Below, piece by piece: positions 23,493 through 33,093 of a stretch of 64,000 bases of DNA. The notes below the pieces were generated by a model that was given only the letters and a program-made list of their open reading frames with translations, was not told where the DNA came from and did not search any database. The DNA lies in NCBI GenBank assembly GCA_027023425.1, contig JALVVL010000007.1:89205-153204 (forward strand), in the 5' to 3' direction. The DNA comes from Anaerolineales bacterium (lineage in GTDB: Bacteria > Chloroflexota > Anaerolineae > Anaerolineales > DRMV01). Position 1 is the stretch's first letter; every line of letters begins with the position of its first letter. Both the position numbers and the translations under genes were made by a program.

Positions 23493-26213
23493 TTATTCGC
23501 CCAACTTCTCCTCAACCCAACCTGCCACTGCGGCTAAGGCCTCATCCAGCCGCGCGGGGTCTTTGCCGCCGGCTTGGGCAAGGGTGGGCTTGCCGCCGCC
23601 GCCGCCGCCCACGAATTTAGCCACGAATTTCGCCAGTTCGCCCGCGTGCAGGCCCTTTTTCGTCAGCGGCTTGCCCACCGCGGCCACGATGAGGGGACGC
23701 CCGTCGCGCACGGTGGCGAGCACGGCCACGCCTTCGGGGTGCTGCTGGCGGAAGCGGTCGGCCAAGCGGCGCAGGGCGTCGGCATCGGCATCGGGCACGC
23801 GCACCGCCAGCACGGGCACGCCCGCCACGCGCGGCGGCTCGGCAATCTGCCGCTCCACCGCGGCCTCGGCCATGCGGCGGCGCAGCGCGCTGGCCTCTTT
23901 GCGGGCTTCGGCCAGTTCCGCTTGCAGGTGCGCCACCTTTCCGGGCACACCTTCGGGCGGCGATTTCAGCAGCGCGGCGGCTTCTTCCAGCGCATCCATG
24001 CGCCCGCGGGCAAAGCGGTAGGCCCCTCGCCCCGTCACGGCTTCAATGCGCCGCACGCCCGCCGCGGCGCTCCCCTCGCTCACGATGAAGAACGCGCCGA
24101 TGTCCGCAGTGCGGCTCAGGTGCGTGCCGCCGCACAGTTCGCGGGAAATCGGCTCCGCATCGCCAATGGTGATGGTGCGCACAATTTCGCCGTATTTCTC
24201 GCCAAAGAGCGCCATTGCGCCCTCGGCAATGGCTTCCTCGCGCTTTTTGAAAGCCACCTGCACCGGGTAATCGGCGGCGATCGCGTCGTTTACCCACTGC
24301 TCAATGCGGCGCAACTGCTCGCTGGTCAGGGCTTCGGGGTGGGTGAAGTCAAAGCGCAGGCGGTCGGGCGCGACCAACGAACCCGACTGCCGAGCGTGTT
24401 CGCCCAAAATCGCGTGCAGCGCGGCGTGCAGCAGGTGGGTCGCGGTGTGGTTGCGCATGATGTCCTTGCGGCGGGAGGCGTCCACCGCAGCCAGAGCCAC
24501 GTCGCCCACGCGTGGCGTGCCCTTCACCACCTCGCCGATGTGCACAATCATGCCCGCGGCGGGCTTGCGGGTGTCGGTCACCCGGATTTCCCAGCGCGGC
24601 TCGGCCACCGAAACGATGGTGCCGGTATCGGAAACCTGCCCGCCCGATTCCACATAGAAGCACGTTTCGGGCAGAATCACGCCCACGATGTCGCCCTCGG
24701 CCGCGCTTTCCACAGGCTGGTTGTCTTTCATCAGCGCGAGCACCTCGCCTTCCACTTCCAGCGCGCCGTAGGGGTCGTAGCGCACGCCTTCAGGCGGCAG
24801 TTTGCCCTCGGCCTGCAGGCGCTCGGCAAGGGCGCGGTAAGCGTCCACGTTGTCTTCCACCAGAGGCCCAAAGGCCTTGCCCTTGCCCGAAGCCACGCGG
24901 TGCGCCTCCATCGCCTTGTGGAAACCGGCTTCGTCCACGTCCATGCCGTGCTCGCGGGCGATGTCGCGGGTGATTTCCAGCGGCAGGCCGTAGGTGGCGT
25001 AGAGTTGGAAGGCATCTTCGCCGCCGATGATGCGCTTGCCCTCGGCTTGCAGGCGCGCCATCAGGTCTTCCAGATAAGCCGTGCCGGTTTCCACCGTGCG
25101 GGCGAAGCGAATTTCCTCGCGGGTGATGGTTTCCAAAATGGCGTCGCGGTGCTTGACGATTTCGGGGTAAACATGCCCGAAACGCTCAATGACGGTTTCG
25201 GCAACCTGCGCCATGAACGGCTCGGTGAAGCCGATTTTGGTGCCGAAGCGGGCGGCGCGGCGGATGATCATGCGGCAGACATAGTTGCGGCTCTCGTTGC
25301 CGGGCACCACGCCGTCGCCGATGAGGAAGGTGGCCGCGCGGGTGTGGTCGGCGACGACCCGATAGGCGACCAAGTGCTCCTGCCGCTGGGCGTCGGTGTG
25401 GCCTGCCAGGCGCTGGATGGTGTCCATGATAGGCGTGAACAGGTCGGTGTCGTAGGAATTATCCACGCCCTGCAAAATCATGGTGATGCGCTCCAGCCCC
25501 ATGCCGGTATCCACGCCGTGCTTGGGCAGGGGGGAACGGGAGCCGTCGGGCGCCTGATTGAACTGCATGAAGACTAAGTTCCAGATTTCCAAAAAGCGGT
25601 TGTCGGGGTTTTCGTCCAAGTGGTAGGCCAGTTCCTCGCCGTAAAGTTGGCCGCGTTCGGGGAAGAAATCATAGTGAATTTCGGAAGTGGGGCCGCAGGG
25701 GCCGACGTCGGCCATCTGCCAGAAATTGGTGGTGTCGCCCAGGCGGGCTACCCGCTCCGCGGGCACGCCCACTTCTTCCACCCAAATGCGGAAGGCTTCG
25801 TCGTCGGAATGATGCACGGTGAAGTACAGCCGCTCGGGGGGGAGGCCGTAAACTTTGGTGAGCAGTTCGTAAGCCCAGGTGATGGCCTCGCGCTTGAAAT
25901 AGTCGCCAAAGGAAAAGTTGCCCAGCATTTCAAAGAAAGTGTGGTGGCGGGGGCTGGGGCCGACGTTTTCCAGGTCGTTGTGCTTGCCGGAAACGCGCAT
26001 ACAGCGCTGGACGGTGGTGGCGCGGGTGTAAGGGCGCTTGTCCAGGCCGAGGAAAACGTCCTTGAACTGCACCATGCCGGCGTTGGTGAAGAGCAGGGTC
26101 TGGTCGCCGCCGGGCACGAGGGAAGAGGAGGGCACGATGGTGTGCCCCTTGGATTCAAAGAATTTGAGGAAGGTGTCGCGGATCTGGTCGCCGGTCATCT
26201 TTTTGTCGGGCAT
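23493..26213 (-). CDS. alaS: Alanine--tRNA ligase
   Basis: 906 aa, full-length AlaS architecture: class II core (F.SKGH..V.SSSL.P..D.TLLFTNAGM.QFK), editing-domain HTATHLLH...CGGTH, C-terminal DHHA1-like GGGGGKP..AQAGG. Confidence 0.97.
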   Translation of the reverse strand: MPDKKMTGDQIRDTFLKFFESKGHTIVPSSSLVPGGDQTLLFTNAGMVQFKDVFLGLDKRPYTRATTVQRCMRVSGKHNDLENVGPSPRHHTFFEMLGNFSFGDYFKREAITWAYELLTKVYGLPPERLYFTVHHSDDEAFRIWVEEVGVPAERVARLGDTTNFWQMADVGPCGPTSEIHYDFFPERGQLYGEELAYHLDENPDNRFLEIWNLVFMQFNQAPDGSRSPLPKHGVDTGMGLERITMILQGVDNSYDTDLFTPIMDTIQRLAGHTDAQRQEHLVAYRVVADHTRAATFLIGDGVVPGNESRNYVCRMIIRRAARFGTKIGFTEPFMAQVAETVIERFGHVYPEIVKHRDAILETITREEIRFARTVETGTAYLEDLMARLQAEGKRIIGGEDAFQLYATYGLPLEITRDIAREHGMDVDEAGFHKAMEAHRVASGKGKAFGPLVEDNVDAYRALAERLQAEGKLPPEGVRYDPYGALEVEGEVLALMKDNQPVESAAEGDIVGVILPETCFYVESGGQVSDTGTIVSVAEPRWEIRVTDTRKPAAGMIVHIGEVVKGTPRVGDVALAAVDASRRKDIMRNHTATHLLHAALHAILGEHARQSGSLVAPDRLRFDFTHPEALTSEQLRRIEQWVNDAIAADYPVQVAFKKREEAIAEGAMALFGEKYGEIVRTITIGDAEPISRELCGGTHLSRTADIGAFFIVSEGSAAAGVRRIEAVTGRGAYRFARGRMDALEEAAALLKSPPEGVPGKVAHLQAELAEARKEASALRRRMAEAAVERQIAEPPRVAGVPVLAVRVPDADADALRRLADRFRQQHPEGVAVLATVRDGRPLIVAAVGKPLTKKGLHAGELAKFVAKFVGGGGGGKPTLAQAGGKDPARLDEALAAVAGWVEEKLGE

Positions 26214-26247
26214 GGTGAAACCTCTTGGGAATGGGGAGTGAACGTCA

Positions 26248-26679
26248 AGGGCGCAAAGGTTAACGCAGAGACGCAGAGGAAGCAGAGATGCAGAGAGCGC
26301 AAAGGAAAAGATTAGCGATTTAGGATTTGCGGTATTCTCTGAAATCGGCGAAAATCTGTGTCAATCGGTGGATGAAAACCACAGATTACGCAGATTAGCA
26401 CAGATTTTTTCTGCGGAATCTGTGAAATCTGCGGTTTGTTTTCTTCAATCGGTGTAAATCTGTGTCAATCGGTGGATAGTAACGCCAAGGACGCCAAGGA
26501 GTTAACGCCAAGGACGCCAAGAAACCAAAGGACGCCAAGGTTAACGCAGAGGCGCAGAGTAGGGGCGAGGCATCGCCTCGCCCAGAGACGCAGAGAGAAA
26601 ATTTCTGTGTTTTCTGTGGTGCTTCTGTGTCCTCTGTGTTTTTTCTTCAATCGGAGTAAATCTGTGTCAATCGGTGGAT
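26248..26679. repeat. Family A modular mosaic repeat cluster, copy 2 (alaS / ABC-ATPase divergent intergenic region)
   Basis: R words (26260-26310), S-like module (26341-26373), H hairpin (26375-26437), S (26442-26476), K words (26480-26540), R words flanking a GGGCGAGGC-atc-GCCTCGCCC hairpin (26543-26600), C words (26601-26640), S (26645-26679). Confidence 0.85.
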
Positions 26680-26784
26680 GAGAAAAAACAATTGAGGAGC
26701 CGTGAATGCCGAAATTATACCCCAACAGGTATGGAGTATAATAAAGAACAAGCCCCACCAAAGTCCTTTTTCAGGAGAATGCAA

Positions 26785-27885
26785 ATGGCGAGCGTGACTT
26801 ATAACCATGTGACCAAGCGCTTCGGCGATGTTGTCGCACTCAACGACTTTACCATCCATGTGAAAGACCAAGAGTTTTTGGTGTTCGTCGGCCCTTCGGG
26901 ATGCGGCAAGACCACTGCCCTGAGATGCCTTGCAGGTTTGGAAGAGGTCACCGAGGGGGAAATTCTCATCGGCGACCAAGTGGTCAATGATGTCCCCGCG
27001 AAAGACCGTGATATTGCGATGGTGTTCCAGTCTTACGCCCTTTACCCCCACATGACTGTGTTTGACAATATGGCCTTTGGGCTCAAACTCCGCAAAGTGC
27101 CCAAAGATGAAATAAAACGGCGCGTGCATGAGGCGGCCGAGATCTTGGGCATTGAAAACTTGCTTGACCGCAAGCCGCGCCAACTTTCGGGTGGTCAGCG
27201 CCAGCGCGTTGCTGTTGGTCGCGCCATTGTCCGCAATCCGAAAGTCTTTCTCTTTGATGAGCCGCTTTCAAACTTGGATGCTAAACTCCGTGTCCAAACG
27301 CGCACCGAGATTTCTAAACTCCACAAACGCCTGCAGACCACTTTCATCTATGTCACGCATGACCAAGTGGAAGCCATGACAATGGCAGACCGCATCGCGG
27401 TGATAAACCACGGTGTGCTTCAACAAATTGACACCCCGCAGGAACTTTACGACCATCCTGCCAATAAGTTTGTGGCGGGTTTTATTGGCTCTCCGGCTAT
27501 GAATTTCTTCCCCGCGACCCTTAAGGCTGCGGACGGCAAATTCTATGTGGATACGGGCGCCTTTCAGGTTGAAGTGCCGCCGGAGCGCAAAGAGGCCTAC
27601 AAAGGCTACCTCAACCGGCAGGTTATCTTGGGAGTGCGCCCTGAACACATCCACAATCCCCAGTTTGCGCCAGCGGGCATCTTTGCTCAGCCGGTGGAGG
27701 GCACGGTTGAGGTGACGGAGTTGATGGGCAGTGAAATCTATGTTTACATGCGCGCCGGCGAGCATTCGTTTGTGGCGCGCGTTGACCCGCGCTCCAAGTA
27801 CCGCATGGGCGAAAAAGGCCAAGTTGTGTTTGACATGAGCCAAATGCACTTGTTTGACCCCGAAACCGAACTTGCCATTCGGTAG
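26785..27885 (+). CDS. ABC transporter ATP-binding protein, MalK/UgpC/MsmX-like (sugar importer ATPase)
   Basis: Walker [10 protein letters not shown], signature [10 protein letters not shown], Walker [13 protein letters not shown], plus a C-terminal TOBE-like regulatory domain. Start set at MASVTYNHV... with AGGAG upstream. The upstream part of the ORF lies in repeat sequence. No permease or SBP is adjacent. Confidence 0.88.
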   Translation: MASVTYNHVTKRFGDVVALNDFTIHVKDQEFLVFVGPSGCGKTTALRCLAGLEEVTEGEILIGDQVVNDVPAKDRDIAMVFQSYALYPHMTVFDNMAFGLKLRKVPKDEIKRRVHEAAEILGIENLLDRKPRQLSGGQRQRVAVGRAIVRNPKVFLFDEPLSNLDAKLRVQTRTEISKLHKRLQTTFIYVTHDQVEAMTMADRIAVINHGVLQQIDTPQELYDHPANKFVAGFIGSPAMNFFPATLKAADGKFYVDTGAFQVEVPPERKEAYKGYLNRQVILGVRPEHIHNPQFAPAGIFAQPVEGTVEVTELMGSEIYVYMRAGEHSFVARVDPRSKYRMGEKGQVVFDMSQMHLFDPETELAIR

Positions 27886-27892
27886 AATTTTG

Positions 27893-28250
27893 CCCACCGA
27901 TTGAAGAAGAAAACCACAGAGAACACAGAAATTTACAGAGAGCACAGAGAAAAATCTGTGCTAATCTGTGGTTCTCATCCACCGATTGACACAGATTTAC
28001 ACTGATTGAGTAAGAAAACCACAGAAGACACAGAAATTTACAGAGAACACAGAAATTTTTTCTTGGCGCCCTCTGCGCCTCTGCGTTACCGCCCTTCGTG
28101 TCCTTGGCGACCTTGGCGTTCTCATCCACCGATTGGATGGTTGAAACCGCAGATTTCACAGATTCCGCAGAAAGAATCTGTGCTAATCTGTGTAATCTGT
28201 GGTTTTTTCTCTGCGTCTCTGCTTTCTCTGCGTCTCTGCGGTTCCCCTTG
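27893..28250. repeat. Family A modular mosaic repeat cluster, copy 3 (forward orientation)
   Basis: Order partial S, C, half-H, S (27976-28010), C (28013-28055), R', K' (28060-28120), short S (28121-28140), H hairpin (28143-28206, followed by TTTTTT), R' (28207-28240). The ORFs 27623..28402 and 28006.. upstream of 28276 are artefacts. Confidence 0.85.
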
Positions 28251-28275
28251 GCATACTTTGTTGAAGGAGGCAAAA

Positions 28276-29490
28276 ATGCCTTTTGAAGAGTTGAAGCCGC
28301 TCCTGCGCCCCAACGGGAGCAAAATTGTATTGTTAGTGATGGATGGCTTGGGCGGTTTGCCGATAGAGCCAAACGGCCCAACCGAACTTGAATTTGCGGC
28401 AACGCCTAACATGGATAGACTGGCTGCCGAAGGCACACTTGGGCAGACAATCCCCATCCGACCGGGGATCACCCCCGGTTCTGGTCCGGCACACCTTGCG
28501 CTTTTTGGCTATGACCCGCTCCATCATCCGGTGGGGCGCGGCGTCCTCTCTGCCCTTGGGGTGGGGCTTGAGGTTCGCCCGGGTGACGTGGCAGCGCGCG
28601 GCAATTTCTGCACCATGGACTCTGAGGGCAAGATCACCGACCGCCGCGCAGGCCGTATTCCCAGCGAGGAATCTGCCCCGCTGGTTGAGAAACTTGCCCA
28701 AATCAAAATCCCCGGCGTGGAAATTGAGGTGCGGCAGGTGAAGGAATACCGCTTCGTGGTTGTGATGCGCGGCGAAGGGCTTTCGCCCGATTTGGCCGAC
28801 ACCGACCCGCAGGTCACCGGCGTGCCGCCTCTGCCGGTGAAGCCCACCAAGGATACCCCGGCCGCCCGCCGTACCGCCGAGTTGTTCAACCAATGGATTG
28901 CCGAGGCGCGCAAATTGCTTGCCGACCAGCCCAAGGCAAATTGTGTAACCCTGCGCGGCTTTGCTACCGACCCTGAACTGCCTAAATTTGACGAATCCTA
29001 CGGCTTGAAAGCCGCGTGCGTCGCCGTTTACCCGATGTACAAAGGCGTGGCGCGGCTTGTCGGCATGGACATCATTTCATTTGAAGGCGAAAACCCCGAA
29101 GACGAATTTGCCGCCGTCGCCGAGCATTGGGATGAGTATGACTTCTTTTTCGTCCACATCAAGAAGACCGACAGCAAAGGTGAAGACGGCGATTTTGCCG
29201 GTAAGGCACACATTATTGAAACTGTGGACGCCGCGCTGCCTCACTTGCTCGCCCTGAAGCCGGATGTGTTGATGATAACCGGTGACCATTCCACGCCGGC
29301 GAGGCTGCGCTCACATTCGTGGCATCCGGTGCCGTTTTTGCTGTGGGCACCCGCCAGCGCCCGCCCCGATTCCCAAACGCGCTTTGGCGAAACCGCATGT
29401 GCACAGGGCGGATTAGGCACTTTCCAAGCCCATGATGCCATGCCACTGGCATTAGCCCACGCCCTCCGCTTGGAGAAGTTCGGCGCATAG
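28276..29490 (+). CDS. apgM: Cofactor-independent phosphoglycerate mutase, archaeal (ApgM) type
   Basis: LLVMDGLGG..., ...TGDHSTP... and overall ~405 aa colinearity with ApgM-type iPGM. Start set at the ATG at 28276 preceded by AAGGAGG. The ORF-track start at 28006 lies inside repeats. Confidence 0.85.
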   Translation: MPFEELKPLLRPNGSKIVLLVMDGLGGLPIEPNGPTELEFAATPNMDRLAAEGTLGQTIPIRPGITPGSGPAHLALFGYDPLHHPVGRGVLSALGVGLEVRPGDVAARGNFCTMDSEGKITDRRAGRIPSEESAPLVEKLAQIKIPGVEIEVRQVKEYRFVVVMRGEGLSPDLADTDPQVTGVPPLPVKPTKDTPAARRTAELFNQWIAEARKLLADQPKANCVTLRGFATDPELPKFDESYGLKAACVAVYPMYKGVARLVGMDIISFEGENPEDEFAAVAEHWDEYDFFFVHIKKTDSKGEDGDFAGKAHIIETVDAALPHLLALKPDVLMITGDHSTPARLRSHSWHPVPFLLWAPASARPDSQTRFGETACAQGGLGTFQAHDAMPLALAHALRLEKFGA

Positions 29491-29517
29491 CCCATCCCTT
29501 GAAAAGAATACACGGGA

Positions 29518-29577
29518 GCACTTGACCCATAAGCACCTGACACAGAAACACTTGACACAGAAACACTTGACACTTAA
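29518..29577. repeat. 15-nt tandem repeat (RCACTTGACACAGAA x4) in the apgM-polX spacer
   Basis: gcacttgacccataa gcacctgacacagaa acacttgacacagaa acacttgacacttaa. About 11/15 identical to the reverse complement of the sufS-sufU 15-mer. Confidence 0.9.
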
Positions 29578-29617
29578 AGCACGCCCCCCGTTGTTTCCTT
29601 TTTGCTTGAGATAAACA

Positions 29618-31318
29618 ATGAACGCCGAACTTGCGGAACTTTTCCGCCGCATAGCGCGCCTTTTGGAAATCAAAGGCGAAAGCGCTTACAAAATCAACGC
29701 CTACAAGCGCGTCGCGCGTTCCCTGAGCGACTTGGACGCGCCGGTGGAGGAGTATTGGCGTGCAGGCCGACTCAAAGAAATCCCCGGCGTGGGCGACGCA
29801 ATTGCCAAGAAAATTGACGAATACCTCCGCACTGGCACTTTGCAATTTTTGGAGCGTTTGGAGTCGGAAGTGCCGCCTTCGCTGCTGGAATTGACCGCGC
29901 TCCCCGGCATTGGGCCAAAGAAGGCGCGGCTTTTGTGGCAGGAACTCGGTATAACCGACATTGATGCTTTGGCCGAGGCCGCCGCGCACGGCAAATTGCG
30001 AGCCTTGAAGGGCTTTAGCGCTCAGAGCGAACAGCGCATTTTGGAAGGTATCAAGGAATATCGGGCGCGCCCCAAAGGCTTTTTGCTCGGCTTGGCCTAC
30101 CCAACCGCGCTGGCGCTGATGAAACGGCTGCGCGCCCTGCCCGCCGTTTCACAGGTGGAATTGGCGGGTAGCGTGCGCCGCGGGCGCGAAATGGTCAACG
30201 ATATTGACATTGCAATGGCCGCCCCCGAGCCAGATAAGGCGCTTTTGGCCGCGGCGGATGCCCTCCACCTGCCCCACGGCGAACCTCAGCCCGAGGGTGA
30301 TTGCCGCGCTCTGGAAATGCGCTTGCCCAGCGGCATCCCCCTTCACCTGATTGCCTGCCGCCCCGAAATTTTTGGCTTTGGCTGGGTGATGGCGACCGGA
30401 AGCGCGGCGCACACCGATTCGCTTGGAGAATTGGCGGCCTTGCACGGCAAGCGCCTTACCGCCGCGGACTTCCCCGCGAGCACCGAGCAGGAGTTTTACG
30501 GCGCATTTGGGCTGGATTGGATTCCGCCGGAATTGCGCGAAGGCGCGGGTGAACTGGAAGCCGCCGCTCACCACGCCCTCCCCAATCTGCTGACCGAAGC
30601 CGACCTGCGCGCCGACCTCCACACCCACACCGATTGGAGTGATGGGCGCGCAACCATGCGCGAAATGGTCGCTGCCGCCGTCAAGCACGGCGTTCGCGTG
30701 CTTGCCATCACCGACCATTCGGCCTCGTTGGGCGTTGCCAACGGCCTTACCCCCGAACGCTTGCGGCAACAGCGTGAAGAAATCCGCCGTGTGCAAGAAG
30801 AGTTTGGCGATGCCATCCTGCTTTTGCAGGGCGCCGAGGTGGAAATTTTGGCCGATGGCTCGCTTGATTATCCCGATGAAGTGCTGTCCGAGTTGGATGT
30901 GGTGGTTGCGTCGCTCCACACGGGCTTGCGCCAGCCGCGCGAGCGCATCACCGCCCGCTTGCTCAACGCCATTGCCAACCCGCACGTGCACATAATCGGC
31001 CATCCATCGGGGCGGCTGTTGCCCGACCGTCCGCCTGCGGATTTGGACTGGGAGGCGGTGTTGCAAGCCGCCGCGGAGCACGGAGTTGCTCTGGAAATCA
31101 ATGCTCACCCGCGCCGCCTTGACCTGAAGCCCGAATTGGCGCGCCGCGCCATCTCTTTGGGGATACCGCTGGCGCTTAACACCGATGCTCATACCCCTGC
31201 CGACTTCAACAACCGCTTTTACGGCGTGATAGCCGCCCGGCGCGCGTGGGCTACTCCCGAAAATATTATCAACTCTTGGGGGAGAGAAAAACTGCTTTCG
31301 TGGCTTCGGGCGCGCTAA
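29618..31318 (+). CDS. polX: DNA polymerase X family protein with C-terminal PHP phosphoesterase domain
   Basis: N-terminal 8-kDa/HhH region (IA..LE..GE..YK..AY.RA), GIGPK, catalytic-site-like ..GS.RRG.E...D.D.. segment, and PHP motifs (DLH.HT.WSDG, ..ITDHS, ..H..G) at the C-terminus. Confidence 0.9.
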   Translation: MNAELAELFRRIARLLEIKGESAYKINAYKRVARSLSDLDAPVEEYWRAGRLKEIPGVGDAIAKKIDEYLRTGTLQFLERLESEVPPSLLELTALPGIGPKKARLLWQELGITDIDALAEAAAHGKLRALKGFSAQSEQRILEGIKEYRARPKGFLLGLAYPTALALMKRLRALPAVSQVELAGSVRRGREMVNDIDIAMAAPEPDKALLAAADALHLPHGEPQPEGDCRALEMRLPSGIPLHLIACRPEIFGFGWVMATGSAAHTDSLGELAALHGKRLTAADFPASTEQEFYGAFGLDWIPPELREGAGELEAAAHHALPNLLTEADLRADLHTHTDWSDGRATMREMVAAAVKHGVRVLAITDHSASLGVANGLTPERLRQQREEIRRVQEEFGDAILLLQGAEVEILADGSLDYPDEVLSELDVVVASLHTGLRQPRERITARLLNAIANPHVHIIGHPSGRLLPDRPPADLDWEAVLQAAAEHGVALEINAHPRRLDLKPELARRAISLGIPLALNTDAHTPADFNNRFYGVIAARRAWATPENIINSWGREKLLSWLRAR

Positions 31319-31319
31319 T

Positions 31320-32081
31320 TTACATCTGCACCCTGTAGCGCACGATTGCCACAATGGTGAAAAGGACCACCGTCGCCACTGCTGAAAGGATCACCGAGCG
31401 GTAAGGGCGGTGGTCGCGCAGTGCAAAATACACCGCGCCGTAGTCGTAAACCTTTCCCCCAATGTCGCTCCACAACGGGCCGCCGCCGACTGAGAACATC
31501 ATGCCACCGAGCAGTCCGCCGATGTGCCCCCACATATCAATGCCGCTTTGCAGGCTCCAAACCAAGTTCACCAAAATCCAGAACAAAGCCTGCGTGACGG
31601 TGCTGCGCGCCGCCTCGCCAAGGTAGGGCTGATTCATGTAAAAAATCACCAAATACGCGCCCAACAGGCCAAAAATGGCCGTGGAAGCGCCCAATGAGGG
31701 GGCTTTGGTGAACGCCAGCGACATGACGTTGCCGGTATAAGCGGCAATGAAGTACAGCAAAGCGAAGCGCCAGTGCCCTATCAACTTTTCCAGCGTTGGG
31801 CCGAGCACAAAAAGCCCCCACATGTTCAAGCCTATGTGCAAAATTCCCGCGTGCAGAAACACTGGCGTGATAAGCCGCCAATACTGATGATAGACCACAA
31901 TCAGGGTGTTTTGCTTTATCCCCCATACCGCAGGCCAATCGTAGCCGGTGATGAGTTCGGAAAGAAATTGGGCAATGAAAACCAAGGTCGTGAAGCCGGC
32001 GATGGCGTAAGTAACCCATGCTTCATTGCGCAATCGGTTGAAAATTGAGCGCCGTTTTGGGGAGTAGAAGGAGTAACTCAC
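31320..32081 (-). CDS. Rhomboid-family intramembrane serine protease
   Basis: Six or more TM helices. Motifs WRLITP.FLH....H...NM, catalytic GASTAIFGLLGA and downstream HIGGLLGG. Confidence 0.85.
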   Translation of the reverse strand: MSYSFYSPKRRSIFNRLRNEAWVTYAIAGFTTLVFIAQFLSELITGYDWPAVWGIKQNTLIVVYHQYWRLITPVFLHAGILHIGLNMWGLFVLGPTLEKLIGHWRFALLYFIAAYTGNVMSLAFTKAPSLGASTAIFGLLGAYLVIFYMNQPYLGEAARSTVTQALFWILVNLVWSLQSGIDMWGHIGGLLGGMMFSVGGGPLWSDIGGKVYDYGAVYFALRDHRPYRSVILSAVATVVLFTIVAIVRYRVQM

Positions 32082-32698
32082 AGCGTCACCTTCCGATGGG
32101 GAATGCGGTGGTGCTCGGCTTGGATGATGGCGATGATTGTGTCCACCGTTTCCTCAAGTTGGTCTTCGCGGTTGACAACTACATAGTCAAATTCGTTCAT
32201 GCGCTTGAGTTCTTGGCGGGCGGTGGCAATGCGAAGGCGCAAGCCCTCAGGAGCTTCGGTTTTGCGCTTTTTCAGGCGTTCAACCAGTTCTTCTTCGGTT
32301 TCGGTGGTGAGGAAAATGAGCACCGCCTCGGGGCAGATTTTGCGCACCGTGGCCGCGCCTTGCACGTCTATGCGCATAACTACGTCCTTGCCGCTGGCGA
32401 GCGCCTCGCGCACCTGTTGCTTGGGAATGCCCTTGTAGTCGTTGTAAACGATGGCATATTCCAGCAGTTCGCCTTCCTCAATCATGCGGGCAAATTCCTC
32501 GCGCGACACAAAAAAGTAATCCACGCCGTTGCGCTCGCCCGGACGCGGGGGACGGGTTGTCGCCGTTACGACGAAGTGAAATTCCAAGCGCCGCTCCTTC
32601 ATCCGCTGGATGACGGTATCCTTGCCCACGCCTGAGGGGCCCGAAATCACAATCAGAAGCGGCTGGGGTTTTGGGGGAGAGATGAATTGGGATTCCAT
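32078..32698 (-). CDS. gmk: Guanylate kinase
   Basis: P-loop ISGPSGVGKDT, TTR.PR.GE..G.DY.F. Start set at the ATG at 32698 (MESQF...). ATGA-type overlap with the rhomboid gene. Confidence 0.9.
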   Translation of the reverse strand: MESQFISPPKPQPLLIVISGPSGVGKDTVIQRMKERRLEFHFVVTATTRPPRPGERNGVDYFFVSREEFARMIEEGELLEYAIVYNDYKGIPKQQVREALASGKDVVMRIDVQGAATVRKICPEAVLIFLTTETEEELVERLKKRKTEAPEGLRLRIATARQELKRMNEFDYVVVNREDQLEETVDTIIAIIQAEHHRIPHRKVTL

Positions 32699-32755
32699 AG
32701 GCGTAATCCTACCACAAAAACGGTTGGGGGTGGTTAGATTGACCGTGGTAACGCG

Positions 32756-33093
32756 TAACGCCAAGGTCGCCAGGGGACAAACCACAGATTAGCACAGACT
32801 TTTTCTGTGAAATCCGCGAAATCTGCGGTTTCAACCATCCAATCGGTGCAAATCTGTGTCAATCGGTGGATAAGAACCACAGATTACACAGATTAGCACA
32901 GATTTTTTTCTGTGTTTTCTGTGGTGTTTCTGTGTCCTCTGTGGTTTTCTCCTTCAATCGGTGTAAATCTGTGTCAATCGGTGGATGAAACGAACCACAG
33001 ATTACACAGATTAGCACAGATTCTTTCTGCGGAATCTGTGAAATCTGCGGTTTCAACCATCCAATCGGTGTAAATCTGTGTCAATCGGTGGAT
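32756..33093. repeat. Family A modular mosaic repeat cluster, copy 4 (inverted orientation)
   Basis: K word, short H, S, half-H plus C', S, full H (32993-33053), S (33057-33093). The last S module overlaps the final codons and stop of the FemAB-family gene. Confidence 0.85.

Noticed and set aside
23574-25577. 667-aa ORF antisense to alaS, and similar long antisense ORFs (37902..39077, 42690..43733, 30149..31354, 6294..7046, 14012..14944).
   Set aside because: These are typical stop-poor shadow frames of GC-rich coding DNA. They have Arg/Gly/Ala/His-rich composition and no recognisable motifs. The opposite strand encodes full-length, highly recognisable enzymes.
28006-28275. N-terminal 90-aa extension of the phosphoglycerate mutase ORF.
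   Set aside because: The extension is entirely repeat-derived. A strong AAGGAGG-N5-ATG at 28276 begins the conserved ApgM sequence.
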